Shown piece by piece: positions 48,820 to 63,400 of a stretch of DNA of 64,000 bases. Below the pieces are notes generated by a model. The model was not told the DNA's origin, did no database searches, and was given only the letters and a program-made list of their open reading frames with translations. The stretch is from Mobula birostris (Eukaryota): positions 24,691,649-24,755,648 of the forward strand of contig NC_092398.1 in assembly GCF_030028105.1 (NCBI RefSeq). The letters are read 5' to 3'. A program made the position numbers and the translations under genes. Every line of letters begins with the position of its first letter. Positions within the stretch are counted from its first letter, which is position 1.

Positions 48820-50150
48820 AGTGGACACTGCAGGTTCGCATTAGCAAGTCACGTCACAGTTGTATAAAACTTTGGATGGAGTACACTTGGTTTAACTGTG
48901 TGCAGTTCCGGCCATCCCATTACAGGAAAGATGCGGAGGAGTGGAGGTTACAGAGAAAATAGAACACATCACAGCACAGAACAGGCCGTTCGGCCCGCAA
49001 TGGAATTTGGAAGGATCGGGGAGGAATCTCATTGAAACCTTTCAAATGTTGAAAGGCCTAGACAGAGTAGATGTGGGAAGGATGTTTCCCATGGTAGGGG
49101 ACGTCTAGGATAAGAGGGCACAGCCTCAGGATGCAGCGGCGTCCATTTAAAACAGAGATATGGAGAAATTTCTTTCGCCAGAGGCTGGTGAATTTGTCGA
49201 ATCTGTCAGCTGTGGAGGCCAGGTCGTTGGGTGGATTTAAGGAAGAACTTGATAGGTTCTCTATTGGACACGGCATGAAAGGTTACGGGGAGTGGGGATG
49301 TTGGGGGGGGGGAGCAACACTGATTGAGTGGCAGAGCAGATTTGATGGGCCAAATAGCCTAATTCTTCCCCCATGTGTTATGATGTTATGTTAGGTCCAG
49401 CTATTCACCTACTCTAAGATTAATCCAACCCTTCCCTCCCACATAGCCCTCCATTGTTCTATCATCCATTTGCCTACCCAAGAGTTTCTTAAATGTCCCC
49501 AAAGTATGTGTGTCCACTGCCACCCCTGCTGATGCGTTCCGCGCTCCCACCGCTCTCTGTGTGAAAAACCTACCTCTGACATCCCCTCTATGCTTTCCTC
49601 TTATCACCTTAAAATTATACCCCATCATATTAGCCATTTCCGCCCTGAGAAAAAGCCTCTGGCTGTCCAATCTACCGATGCCTCTTATCGTCTTGCACAC
49701 CTCTGTCAGGTCACCTCACACCCTCCTTTGCTGCGGAGAGAAAAGCCCCAGCTTGCTGAACCTGTCTTCATAAGACATGCTCTCTAATCCAGGCAGCATT
49801 CTGGTAAATCTTCTCTGCACCCTCTCTAAATGAAGTGGCCTGAACTGAACACAATACTTCAAGTGTGGTCTAACTGGAGTTCTGTGGAGATGAAACATTA
49901 TCTGATGGATCTGAAACTTAATCATCCGACTGATGACGGCCAACACTTCTTATGCTTTCTTCACCATCCTGTCGGCTTGCTACTGACATTGAGGCATCTG
50001 CGGGCTCCGTCTCAGTTCCTCCACACTGCTAAAAGTCCTGACATAAACTCTGCCTTCAAGTTCAACCTTACAAAGTGAGTCATTTCACACTTTTCTGAGT
50101 AACACTCTGAGGTGTCAGAGTTCAGTGAATCAGCGATGACAGAGGCTTTG
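48820..50150. mobile_element. Two converging CR1 3' fragments (plus 48820-49390; minus 49410-50150)
   Basis: RRPFKTEIWRNFFRQRLVNL on the plus strand; RPHLKYCVQF...RVQRRFTRMLPGLE on the minus strand. Confidence 0.8.
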
Positions 50151-51379
50151 GAGAGGGTGCAGAAAAGGGGGCAAGTGCGACTCAAGAGTTGAAACGGCTT
50201 CTAGATGGGCACGTATAGAAGCAAAGGAACAGTATGACATGGTCTGCCAACATGGGCAACGACCTCATCTCTCTGGCTGTGAAACTGCAGAGGACCCTGC
50301 GACCACCGGAGTCTCATCACAACGACAACAGCTGTTTACAGTTTACTGTTTACTGTTTACCTCTGTTGAGCGCTACACGGACATTGAATTATACTTATAA
50401 ACTTACCTGTGGCAATATTTTGTGTCATGCGCTGTGTGTCATGCATATTTTGTATGTTTCCGTGGTCCCGGGGAACAATGCTTCGTTTGATCGTATATAT
50501 GTATCGCCTGATAAAAAATGTGAACTTGAGAAGGAGAAAGGATAAGTGACGCGTAGAAGTTAAATATATCATGCATTGAGTGATTGTTGACTGGAAATCG
50601 TTGTCATACAGACTCATAGATTGTGATAGAAAGGAGCATCTGAAAATATATGGACGGACACAAACCCAAGCGGAGCTGGGGTGAAAGGTGTATTTACCTA
50701 TGACAGGATTGTGTTGAAAACAGAGTCAAACTACATTTTCCCGTGTGGCAATCCTAAACACCAGAGAGTATGGATTTAATGTGAGAAGGAGGATATTTCA
50801 AAGGAGTCTTACAGTGCAAACGCTTCCAGACAAGGGTGATGGATTCCAGGAACGCGTTGCCGGGATAAACGGTGCGGGTAGTTTGTAACTGCAGCGAATA
50901 CGCGATGTTTAGATTGGTTGGCGTGTGAATTGTGTAATATCCACTATATGGCGGCGCATAGGTTTAGTTTAAAATGTTTGGATGATAGTTCAGAACTGGC
51001 GGTGTTGTGCATGTTGAGGAAGTTTCTCGAAAGTTCCTGCACTATGTATGCCAATTGGGTATTTGGGAAGCAATTTGGCAGATGAAGGTTAATCCGGAAT
51101 CAGTGGCCTGTTACACACTGTGTGTGGGGTGAGGTTAAATGCAATCATAAAATATTTATTGAATGGAGTGGATGCTTGGAAGCTTTAATGAACAGTAGGA
51201 ACTTTGTCTGGACCTCCATGTCTTTCTGAATGTAATATGGCACGGAGAGATGTTGGTAAAGAAGGAGTAAGCATCCTTCTGTTAAATGATGGTATTTTAA
51301 GTGATGTTCAGTAAGTCATGCAGCAACTGCGTGAATAATTGAACGTCGATATCTCCGACTTTCAGTTCACTTTCTTCCT

Positions 51380-51770
51380 CTATTTTCCATTACTTTAATT
51401 CTCTGCTCTGCCCCCACTTAGTTCCTCTCTCTTCTCCACTGCACATTTCCTCCGCTTACTGCTTCCTTCCCTCTCTCCTGTGATCCACTTGCTTTTCCAA
51501 TCTGATTCCTTCTTCTGTTATTTGTCTTCCACTTATCACCACCTAACATTGCTTCACACCCCTCTCGTATTCATTACTTTAACTGCTACTTTCTAGTCTG
51601 TATACATTCCCCCCCGTCCACCTTATTACTCTGAATTCTTTCCTCTTCCTTTCCAGTTTCGATGAAGGGTTCCGGAAAACTCGACTGTTTATTCATTTAT
51701 ATAGATCCTGCCTGAGCTAAGAAGCCCCCCAGGATTTTGTATGCGTTGCTGAGGATGCTTAGCATCTGCA
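51380..51770 (+). mobile_element. Old Penelope-related fragment with a decayed hammerhead motif
   Basis: Pyrimidine-rich region followed by CAGTT-TCGATGAAGGGTTCC-GGAAAACTC-GACTG at 51654-51687 and the family's downstream sequence. Confidence 0.5.
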
Positions 51771-52214
51771 AAATCTCTTGGCTACAGAAACAATTGTTTT
51801 GGCACATTTGGACCGTCACTAAGCATCACTTAGACAGAGTATTGATTAAGCAGAGATTGACCACGGAGACGCACATGTGGAGTTTAAATTAGCGTTATTG
51901 TTGGCACCCCAACCATGTGCCGAACGGTCTATTCCTGTGCTGCACTGATCTGTGTTCATCATTTTCACACACGTATTTATGAAATTCAGTTAAGTGCGGA
52001 TTCTTTGATTTGATTATTGGGCCAGACAGCCCTGTTTCCCATAGTTCTTGAGAGACAAACAGAATGATGGAATGCTGCACGCAACTGCTGATATTTATTC
52101 CGCGACATAGAAGCTAGTCGTTTTTACTGGAGCGGGTAATTGAAGAAGGAAGTTTCATTTTAAGAGTATCTTATTTTTCTTATTTATCGATTCAGCAGGG
52201 TAGCAGGGGTTTCC

Positions 52215-52372
52215 ACCAGAACCTTCACGTCTTTGGAATGTGTATGCAACAGAGGCATCTGGAGTAAACCTACGCCGTCGCCGATAAATCGTACAAAATT
52301 CATACAGACGGCTGTGAGGACTCAAACCGCGCCTCAGGCGCTGTGAAGCATTGTGCCAACCACTACGCTACG
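52215..52372 (-). mobile_element. HE1/V-type tRNA-derived SINE overlapping the GPCR stop codon
   Basis: Minus-strand head gtagcgtagtggttggcacaatgcttcacagc (A-box-like), a degenerate B box, then the V-domain-like ...cacattccaaagacgtg. Confidence 0.75.
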
Positions 52373-54409
52373 TTTAATCGCTGGACTTAGTTTCCGATTA
52401 GCTTGTCTCACTAGGTGAGAGAATGGAGATTTCAACACCTCCCGCATTTGCTCCCTGAACTTCTTCTGGGTCAAGGCGTAAAGAGCCGTGTTTGTGCAGC
52501 AGCTCAGAAGCTGCAGCATGTAGCCCAGCTCCCTCATGCTCGAAGGTGGGAACGAGGCATACATCAGATATGATGACCGAAAAAAATATGATCGTATCCA
52601 CACAGTGTGCACAACAAAAACCACCCACAACACGATGAAATTCGCTGACACGACAAACAGTAAAATGAGCGACTTCCTCCGGCTTTGCATCTCCGGGTCT
52701 TTGGAGCGATCCCCATTGCTGTTATTCCGGAGTCTCCTCCGAGATCTGTTCGCCAGTACCACGTATCTGATGGTCAAAGCATTGAGCAGCAGAATGACCA
52801 CAAACGGGATCACAGGCGTCAGAAAGAAGCTGCAAGACTCGACTACTGTCCAGGCAACTGAGAACAGAACACCGTCTCTTCCGTGGCAAAACCAAGGGAC
52901 GTTATTAAACTGGTAGTGTCCTGAGAGCAAAAAATACCAGAAAATGTTCTTTAAACAGCTCAGGGCGGCCACAGTCCACAGAACAACAGCCGCAGTTCTC
53001 TCGGTGCAGTATTTAGCTTTCAGATTCTGGTAGCGAATAGCCACAAATCGATCAAAGGTGAACATGACGGTGAACCAGACGGAGCAGTCGTTGGCTGTGT
53101 AACGTAGGACGGCGTGGATATTACACACAGGGATGTTCATCAGGAATATAAACGCTTCCCAAAAAACAATAGGAATCTGCCTCAATATCAGGTCGAAGAC
53201 AACAACGAGAAGATCCGACATTGCCATGGCCATCAGGTAACGAGCGACGCCTTTCGAAAGACCGCACTTTCCCTGAGACAGGACCACAATCGTCAGCACG
53301 TTCACTATTGGGATTGAAAGAAACACAAGCATGTTTGTGGGAAGGAATACTGTCAGCACAGTCACAGAGAGGAAATATGGAAACATGTCTTTCAACCCAG
53401 ACTTGTAGACTGCGGTTTTCCAGTATCAGCGATGTCTGTTGGTGACGAGGATTATAGCTCAGTGAAGTCGACAAAGAACTGGAAAATTACGTCACCACGC
53501 CAAACAACGAACAGCTGAGAAAATGTGCTCTCGGATTTCGGTGAAGATGAATTTCAAATAGGGCTCGAAATTGGTCATTGAATTGGAATTTCTTTACTAT
53601 TACGGAAGTGGTATCACAAGGGTACAGGGAAACACGCGCCTCCACAATGTGCATACAGATCAATTCTTTACTCAGTGCTTTGAGGCGTGACGTAATATCA
53701 GTTCAGGCTCTCCGGCTTCTTTTGCTGGTCTTTTAAATGTATACAATATTTGAGAAGCCATCTATTTTAAACTGCAGTCCAAATTGGGAGTTCGGTATCT
53801 AAAGCTACAAGGGATGCTTACTCAGTTGAAAATTTTAAACGCCAGCTCAGAAGATCTTTATTTAACCTTGATTTTAACTGGAATTATTTTGTCTGCTCTT
53901 TTCATGTTATGTTTGTTTGTATTTTAAAAGGACATTGAAATTTCGTCTATTTGGAAAGTGCCCTAATTATTATTATTATTATTATGATATTATTATTATT
54001 ATAATTGCTGCTGTTCTTGTTGTTATTGTTGTTGTTTAAAGAAAAAAGAAGCGGGGAGATAAATGTTATTGACCGAATCTGTCAATGTATTACAGGTTCA
54101 TCATCAAAAGTTCGGTTAGTGAGGACGATGGACTGCGGTAACCGGAAAATATCATTAAATTCCTACCTATCAAATCTCTTTACAGGAACCCGTGATCACT
54201 GCTTCTCCTTCTCTCGTCAGCAACTTACCGGGAAATGCAACCAAAGCGAGAACGGGATAGTAGATGGGCTGAATTGTCCGGAGTAAATACCAGATCCGTC
54301 TGTCTGCTGTTATCCAAGGGTAATTCGAAAAAATATAGGGAGCCAGGCTGAAGACACCCTTCCCCGTCCCTGGAACATTCCATGGTCCTATTTCTCGTTC
54401 CTGAACCAT
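52334..54409 (-). CDS. Two-exon class A (rhodopsin-like) GPCR, GPR139/GPR142-like; join(54409..54229, 53304..52334), 383 aa
   Basis: Exon 1 MVQEREIG...IYYPVLALVAFP ends G|GTAAGT. Exon 2 begins caatag|TG AAC. Total 1152 nt in frame. Seven hydrophobic segments with GN-like VN, MAMSDLL, FDRF, NFIVLW and CTNTALY motifs. AATAAA on the minus strand at 52094-52099. Confidence 0.9.
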
Positions 54410-57400
54410 TGTCCGTCACCGTTCCCAGATTCCAGTCGGTGACCGGCGATTCGCACGCTGCACATCTAACCGTTCACGTAAAATTCCACTTTGATGTTCG
54501 CAGTTCCCCAATTATTGTCTTCCGCTGTCGAGTCACTGCGGTCCGAGTGTGAACCTTCATCGAAAGGAGCAATTTTAAATAGAGTTGCTAATCCCCCAGT
54601 GACACAACCAGGCCCCGTACGGGCTGACGTTAATTACTCAACATACATCTACGGTTAACCCCTTTGAATCCGGATCGCTGGTGCAAAAGGTAAAACGAAT
54701 TATTAAACAGGGTGGTGATGTCCAGGATATATGTCCACCGATCCCGGACATTCGTTCTGCATCATCTTGCAGGAGACAGAATAACTTGCAAGCACGTACC
54801 ATCAGGCTCAGTAACAGCTTCGATCACGACATTATTAAAATATTCAACCCTTCCCCCTGGCGATTAGATGGACTCTTGATATTGCAATCTGCCTCGCTCT
54901 GACTTTGCAATTTGTTGTTTCCCTGCGCCGCACTTTCTCTGTAACTGCAGCACTTTATTCTGCATTCTGTCATTGTATTACCCGGAAATCAATGCACTGA
55001 GGGAATCATTCTTTTTTTTTTGAATGAAGAGTATGTAAAACAAGGTTGTTTTCTTTTCCCAGCATCGCCAAATACAATGAAGTCCCGTGTACCATCAGTG
55101 TCCAATCGGGCAGGATGCTGCGCAGCGTCCTCACCAGGACCAGCGGTATCTCAAACAGTTACTTTCTCCAGGCAGTAAGGCTGATCGACACTTATACCGA
55201 CCAACACCTTCCACTATCTCAGCCTCCCACCCAACACCACTACTTTATCATTTCCTATCAGTAAACATGTGAACAGCCCTTAGAGTCACTTTGTAGACAT
55301 ATCAATCTCTGAATATAAACTATGCATGTACTTATATTTATTGTCCTTTTTATTACTGTGCTCTTTGCCCTATCGTGTTTTTTGGCTCTGCAGTGAATCC
55401 GGAGTAACAACTGTTTCGTTCCCCTTTGCACTTTTGTAATGGAAATAATATTGAACAATTTTGAAACTTGAATAATAGACCCATTTACTAATTGAACACT
55501 CTGCAGTGTGATGGACCAATCGGTTAGGGAACGGCCTGCAGGTCTGATGAAAGACTAAGAGTGGATCTTTTCTTCAGGCGGAGAAGGCTGATGGAAACCC
55601 TGCAACTTTACTCCAGCTAATCTGACGTCACTGCATCGGCGATGAAGGAGTAGATCATGTTGTATCGGATAAGTGACAATTCGGAAATTACGCGGTCGAA
55701 ATTGCTTTATTTATGAAAGGGATTTGGACCAAATCTGTATTAAAGTTCAACATATATTAAATCCCGTTTAAACGCCCATCCACTCGACTGAAACAATGAC
55801 AACAAACACAGACTGTTGGAGGAGCTCGGCAGATCAGGCAGCCTATATGGAAGTGAATAAACAGTGGACGTTTCCGGTCGAGAACTTTCATCTGGACCGA
55901 AGAGGAAGGACACACACGCCAGGGTGAAATCGTGAGGAAAACGATAAGGAATACAGACTGGTACCTAATACTTGTAGCCAAGTGAGCGGGTAAATGGGTG
56001 GGTGGGGAAGAGGGATGAAGTAAAGACGTTCTAGTTGATAGCTGGACAAAATAAGAGCTAGAGAAGAAGGAATCTGATAAGAGAGGGGAATAGACCATGG
56101 GGGAAATTGAAGGAGGTGGTCACAAGGGGGAGGTGATCTGCTTGTGAGGGAATGAAGGAAGAGTGGTGTCAGAATGGATAATTGAAGAAAAGGGAAGGAG
56201 AGCGGAGAAAATTATCGGAAAACATTAAAACATTGACATTTTTCTTTTTATGCACCTACCATATCAAAAATACATCCACAATTAAACCGCTTAGTACATC
56301 TGATGTGTTGCGTTCGGATCACATCGCAGGAAAATATAAGCCAGCCTACCAATATTTCGTCATAACCTGCAAACCAACAGATTGCCCAGAGATTCTCCTC
56401 CGCATTGCTTTCCATCCTCCTGTACGTTGGTGACCAGAATTACCCACAGTACTCTAAAAGCGGGCAACGTAATGTTATGCACATGAGAGTGGTGTTGATT
56501 GAAGGAACCGCTTTGACTGAATAGTGGAGAAGTCCTGTTGGGCAGAATAGCTTCATTATGATGCTATAATTTGTGGGTTCAATACCTCACCCAGGGTCCC
56601 TTTCACTTTCCAGTTTTACCCTTTATACTCACAGGTACGCCCTGCCCTTCGCCTGTTGATCACTCTGTTAACACTCTCTCACTGGCCGTCTCTTCTTTCC
56701 GTTCGACTGCTGCTAGTTGTCGACGAAATGTTTAACATTATCCCTGCTTTAGTTTATGGCCACAACACTGTGAACCTTCATCGCTATTCGCGCCTGTGAT
56801 TCCTTTTCTTCCAACTCTCCACCTCCTCTATCCTTACCCTCCCTCCTTGTCCCTGACTCTCTCTCTCTCACTCGCTGTGCTCCACACCCTCTTGCTGTGT
56901 TGGCATCCATTGTGCGCACACCAGACAGCAGTACAAATGGGGTTCTATGTTGAGGGATGGGTGCACACAGAACAAACTAGTGCACAGCGGCAGTGTGGAG
57001 AGGAGTGTGTGCACGCCAGACTCAAGTGCACTGGGGACAGTTTTCGGATGTGTCTGTACAGACCGGACCAGTTAACGATGAAATTTCTTTTGACACACCT
57101 GCCATTGGAAAACATAGTTCCGTGATTAATCCCGTCTGTACATTTCATCAACGAATGTCTTTCCTGCGGGTCACCTTGCACGGAAATTACGATCAACCTG
57201 TCCAATAGAGAGAGTCGTAGAGTAATAGAGAAGCACAGCTCAGAAAAAGACCCTTCGGCCAATCTAGTCTGAGCCGAACCTAATAAACTTCTACTCCCCA
57301 CGACCTACACGCGTATCATAGCCCTCCCTAACCCAGGTATCCGTTTATCTGTCCAACCATCTCTCAGACCAGAGGTTCCCAACCACCGGGCCGCGGATCG

Positions 57401-60400
57401 GTACCGGGCCGCAAAGCATCTGCTACCGGGCCGCGAGGAAACCTTTCCTCATTCCCTGTCACGAACTGTTGAGCCATTACGCATGCGAGGTCATGAACCG
57501 CGCTTCATCCATGTCAGCGCGGGAAGGAGATCAATTTCCTGAGCTTGCAAATGACGGAAGGCTGAAAAGTATGTTTGACATAACATCTCAGCCGGCATTC
57601 TGGATCAAAGTCAAGGCCAAATAACCTGAGATAGCCACGAAAGCACTGAAAACGCTGCTTCCATTTCCAAAATATCTCTGTGAAGCGGGCTTTTCTGCAA
57701 TGAATGCAACGAAAACTAAATTGCGGAATAGACTGGACATAAGTAACCCCCTTCGAGTACCGCTATCTTCCATCACCCCTCGATAGGACCGTCTCCTTGC
57801 AGGGAAACAAGCCCAGGACTCCCACTGATTCACCGATGTTGGTGTGTTGCAATGATTCTATATGTTCATACGGGGAAAATATGTGTTGTGTGTTTAATAT
57901 CCAAACGTTACTTAAAATGTTATGATTCTATTGACTTATATAAGCATATAACAATTACAGCACAGAAACAAACCACCTCTGCCCTTCTAGTCCGTGCCGA
58001 ACGCTTACTCTCACCTAGTCCCAACGACCAGCACTCAGCCCACAACCCTCCATTCCTTTCCTGTCCATATATCTATGCATTTTTTCTTTAAATGGTAATA
58101 TCGAACCTGCCTCTACCACATCTACTGGAGTTCGTTCAACACTTACTTCAAGCTCCCCTGTCCTCCCCTGATAATTGATTTATCACTATATTCATCCGAG
58201 GAAAATATGCGCTGTGTGTTTAATATTAATTTTTGCCAGATAAGCTCTTTTAGGAAGGAAATTGAGTGTAGTAGGCACTTATTACCGATATTCCGGACGT
58301 GGTTCCCCCGCACCGCCGAACAGAATCGCCAAAACCAATTTGTAGGGGAAAAAAATCGTCACGTAAACGCATTCGCACTGGTTCCCGCGCAAGGCTTCAT
58401 TGTCATTGAAGTCTTTTCGGGTAAACACAAGGTATTTTTCCGCTACTCTAGTCCGTTGGCAGTCCTACCCCCCACCACCACCCCCGAGTATCCCCAGGAC
58501 AGCTCCAACAATGATCAAAGCTTCATTCTCAACCAGTGCGTTGTGTTCTGAGGAGAAAATTTTGGAGCTTCTGTCGTTGTGTTCAGTCATGTTTCATATC
58601 ACATCATTAAGTTCAAAGTTAATTTATTATCAGCGTACTTACGTATATGTCAACCTATGCAACTCTGAGGTTCAATTTCCTGTGGGCATACTCGGCAAAT
58701 CTATAGAGCAGTAACTAGAACGGGATCAATGAACGATCAACTTGACTGCAGGAGACAACAAACTGTGCCACTGTGCTGTGCAATAAATAAATAGCATCAA
58801 ATAACCAGAAACAGAGATAAAGAGTCCTTAAAGAGAGATCATTGGTTGTAGGAGCATCTTAACGGATGGACAAGTGAGTATAATCAACAGCCCGATGGCT
58901 GAGGGGTGGTAACTGATTCTGAATCTGCTGGTGTGAGTCCCGCGGCTCCCGTACCTTCCACCTGATAGCAGCAGCGAGAGAAGTGCATGGCCAGGGTGGT
59001 GGGGATCTCTGACAAAGAATACTGCTTTCCTACAATGTTGTTTCATGTAGATGTGATCAATGGTTGGGAGGGCTTCACCCGTGATGTACTGGACCAAATC
59101 CATTATCTTTTGTAGGATTTTCCATTCAAAGGCATTGGTGTTTCCATACCAGTCTGTAATGCAGCCAGTCAATTCACATCTAGAAAAGTTTGTCAAAGTT
59201 TCAGTGTCAGATCAAATCTCCAATCACTCCTAAGGAAGTAGGGACAAGTCTACTTCCTTAAGAGGTGACTTGTTGTGAGCAGCTCCCATGGGAATCATCA
59301 AATATTCCCGTTGTTCAGGACTAAAACAGCTGAAATACGTGGTCACAGCTATGAATACTTCAGTAAATAACACATTTCACAACGTATCCCAAAGATATTA
59401 AACCTGATTCTGTTTTGTAAAGGCATGTTCAATGTACGAGGAGCAGAGGCAGCGTTAAGGTAGAGCTAGCTGGGGCTATAGCACCAGCAGAAATTGCGTA
59501 GCTCCACCATAGCACCACCAAGAAATTAACTGCAGCTGCTTTGCTTTCTCTGTATAGTTTTTAAAACAGCTTGCTTCCCCAGTTAATCTAGTGAAACAGC
59601 ACCCCCAATTACCGTAGCAACCACGCAGCAATAAAGTTATAAACTCTCTCAGATCCACTCTACCCTTCTGCTTATTCGTTCGTTGTCAATGTCTTGCCGT
59701 TGCGTTCCTCAGATCAGTTAAGCTGATCTAAGGTCACTTAAGGTGGTGACGTCACTCACTCTCACTCACACGAGAGATTGATAGTATACATCCAGGCGCA
59801 GATCCGTGGCCTCGCGAGACTAATGGATGCCAGACGCGCACACTGTGCTTTTACAAGCGAGCGTGGGCCTGGCACGTGCATTATGTTGGTCGGCGTGAAA
59901 AAAATTGATCGATTTTTAATCAGAAAACGACCTCATCCAGAGGAATCAGTGGTGTCTCTGCCTGAGCATGTCTTAATTGAAAGTGGCATGCAGAAAGAAG
60001 TCAGTGGGGATGCGGACGACAGCAGTACATCGAAGGAGTGCGAGGGCGAAGTAGAGGAACAAGAAATGGAGCGGGATTCGGAAGAGAACGTGGATGAAGC
60101 TGCTCTTAGTGCGAGTGGAAGTACTGTTAGCGGTGATAGCCAGCAGCCTGAGGAAGGACCCCGTCGGCCAGCATTGAAAAAGTACCCTTCGCAACAGCTT
60201 GGCAATCACAAAGGAGTATTCGTAGCTGGTTTGACCTGTACTCCTTGCTGGAAAATTCAATCACAAAAGATGTTACATTCTGCTTCGCATGCAGGCACTT
60301 CCTCTGTGGAGGACCTGGGTTGTATTCTGAGTCTACCTTCTCTGTCACCGATTACCGCAACTGGCGGAAGGCTACAACAGCTTTCAAAACCCACCACCTA

Positions 60401-63400
60401 AGGGCGGCAGTGATGTCCGGGTGCAATAACGGGGTACAAGAGAAGCATTATATATACACTGCCATGCTCACAGACTTAACCTTGTTTTAGTGGATGTTGT
60501 GAGCAATGTACCAGAAGCGGGTGAGTTTTTTTGAAACTGTGCAGCTGCTTTGCAACTTCTTTTCAAACTCTGTTGCCCACGATCTTTTCATGAAGAAACA
60601 CAGAGAATTGGAATCAATTGCACAGCTGTGGACTTGAAGTAATTGCCAGATACACACTGGGCATGGCGGTATACAGCTTTGTGGGCTATAAGGAAATCAC
60701 TCTCTGCCAATCTAGCTACACTACAGGATATTATGGGTCACCAAATGCACGGAGGAAAACGGAGGCCAGAGCTTTAAATGGACTGATTGACGCGCAGTTT
60801 GCTTTACTTCTCACTCTGTTTGAGGATTTACTCCGAGTCACTAAGTTCATGTCAGACCAGCTACAATCTCCCACTTTGGAGCTTTCATCCGCTCTGGACT
60901 TGGCTCAGTCTGTTATCGATGCACTTTCAGCAAAACGGGGAGAGGAATCATGAAGTGAAATTCAGACAAGAGCTAGGGACCTGTGCGTCAAGGCCGGTAT
61001 ACAGAGCAGAGCAGATGAAAGGAGACGGGCCCAGCCACCCCGTCGCCTACATCATTTTATTGTTGAGGCCCAAACTGAACGCACAGCTCTCACATCCTAT
61101 GATGACCTTCGCAGCCACAGTTTCTATCCAGTTATGGGCAGACTTCTGACTGAAATGGAAAGACGGTTCTCAATTGAGACTGGGGGTGTTCTGACTGGAG
61201 TCTTGGCATTGACTCCCAAACATAAGTTCTCCCTAGACAAGAATTGTCTTTGGCCAATGGTCCAATACTATGGAGTGACTGAAGTGTACCTGACTGCAGA
61301 GCTACATCAGGTCCGGCGTCTGCTGGAACCAAAACAAAAGGAAGGACAGACAATGAATGACACAGTGGAATTTCTAGCTCTAATGAGACCCGACGGCGAT
61401 GCATTTATAGATTTATACAAACTAATCTGCATATCACTGACTCTGCCTGTTACATCTGCCTCATGCGAACGGAGTTTCTCTTGCCTCAGACGCGTCGAAA
61501 ACTACTTAAGGAACAGCAGCGCGGATGCTCGGAACAGCAACTTGGCTCTGTTGGCCATAAACAGCCGGAGGACCAAAGCACTTGACATCCAGAAAATCAT
61601 TAATGCTTTCGCCACCAATCACAACAACAGACGGATTTTGCTTGTCTGAAAATATTAATGGTGAGTGCAGTTGATTTCTTCAAAATTTGGGCCAAGACTA
61701 ATGCTGATTATTATTATTATTATTGTGTGGTGGATACCCCAAAGTCCTTATCTTTCCTGCAGATCCTAAAATATTACATTCACTGCTATTAAGCCTACTT
61801 GTTTTGCCTAGACTTCCAAACGGTGATTCTGTTGATTTGTGTTTTAAATGCAGTAGCCGAACTAATTGAGGTATTGCATGGTCAGAGTACGATTTGTCCA
61901 ACGCCTAGTAAAGCCTTGCATCTGTTGTTTGCCTTATTTGACTTTAATAACGGTGTATCGTTTGGCATTGCTGTCTAGGTAATGCGATTAGCAGTGGGTT
62001 GTTTTGTGTTTTTCAGTTGAAAAGCACGCATTAGACGCTGATTGCGCGATCGGTGCGTGATTCACGTTGTCCGCTGTTGCTCGGATACTGTTTGTTTTTT
62101 TTCTTTGTTTATGCTCCGTGTAGCCCAGGTTGTCCTCGATGCCGTGTGACACTGTAACAGTTCACTTCTATATTTGATCTATCAATTGTTTTTGCTTGTG
62201 AATCAATAGAGGCATTTACAGTAGGCACATAATGCTTGAAACTGACTTTTTAACCCACGCGTCTGACCTTGCGAATACATATTACCATACAGTGCATCCG
62301 TCAGCACCATTACTGAATCATTCAGCCCCTCCGCAGCACCAGCAAGAAAAATTCTCTTGCGCCGTCACTGACGAGGTGCATTTGATGGGTCTGGGCTGTA
62401 CTCACTGGAGTTTTGAAGAATGAAGGGAGATCCTATGAAATATTAGAAGTCCTAGATAGAGTGGATAAGGAGAGGATGTTTCCTATACCTGGGCCTTAGC
62501 ACTCAGATCTGCAGCTGGATTTTCAACTTCTTCACAGTCAGAACCCAGGCTGTAAAAATAGAGGACAAGCTCTCCTCTAAAATCACTCTGAGCACCGGTG
62601 CCCCACAAGGCTGTGTACTCAGCACCCTGCTGTACTAACTCTACACCCATGATTGCGCGGCCAAGTTTCCATCAAACTCAATAGATAAGTTTGCTCCTGA
62701 CACAACAATTGTAGGCCGTATCTCGGGTAATGATGCGTTTGAATGCAGAGAGGAAATTAACAACCTGGTGGCATGGTGCGAAGACAATAACCTATCCCTC
62801 AACGTCAGCAAGACGAAAAAATTGGCTGTTGAATTCGGAAGGAGTTGCGGACCGCATGACCCAATTTCCATCGGTGGTACGCAAGTGGAACAGGTCAAAA
62901 GCTTTACGTTCCTCGGGATCAATATCACAAATAACCTGGCTTGGTCCAACCAAGCAGAGTTCTCTGCCAAGAAAGCCCACCAGGTCTTTACTTCCTAAGA
63001 AAACTAAAGAAATTTGACCTGTCTCCTAAAACCCTCACTAATTTTAATAGATGCACCGTAGAAAGCATTCTTCTCGGGTACATCACAACCTGGTAGGGAA
63101 GTTGTCCTGTCCAAGAACGACAGAAGCTGCAGAAGATTGTGAACACGCCGCACCGCATCACACAAACCAACCTTCCATCCTTGGACTCGCTTTACACCGC
63201 ACGCTGTCGGAGCAGTGTTGCCAGGGTAACAAAGGACACAACCCACCCAGCCAACATACATTTTTCGTCCCTCTTCCTTCCGGGAGAAGTCTCAGGAGCT
63301 TGAAGACTCGTACGGCCAGATTTGGGAACAGCTTCTTTCCAACTGTGATAAGACTGCTGAACAGATCCTGAACCGGATCTGGGCCATACCTTCCAAATAT

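Noticed and set aside
47600-48830. Protein-coding gene suggested by several overlapping 80-130 aa ORFs
   Set aside because: No recognisable domain or splice structure. GC-rich decayed retroelement-like sequence that I could not assign to a family.
53305-53395. ORF-track start MKDMFPYFLSV... as the GPCR N-terminus
   Set aside because: It is intronic polypyrimidine tract ending in a canonical AG. A proper exon 1 with ATG and donor exists at 54409-54229.
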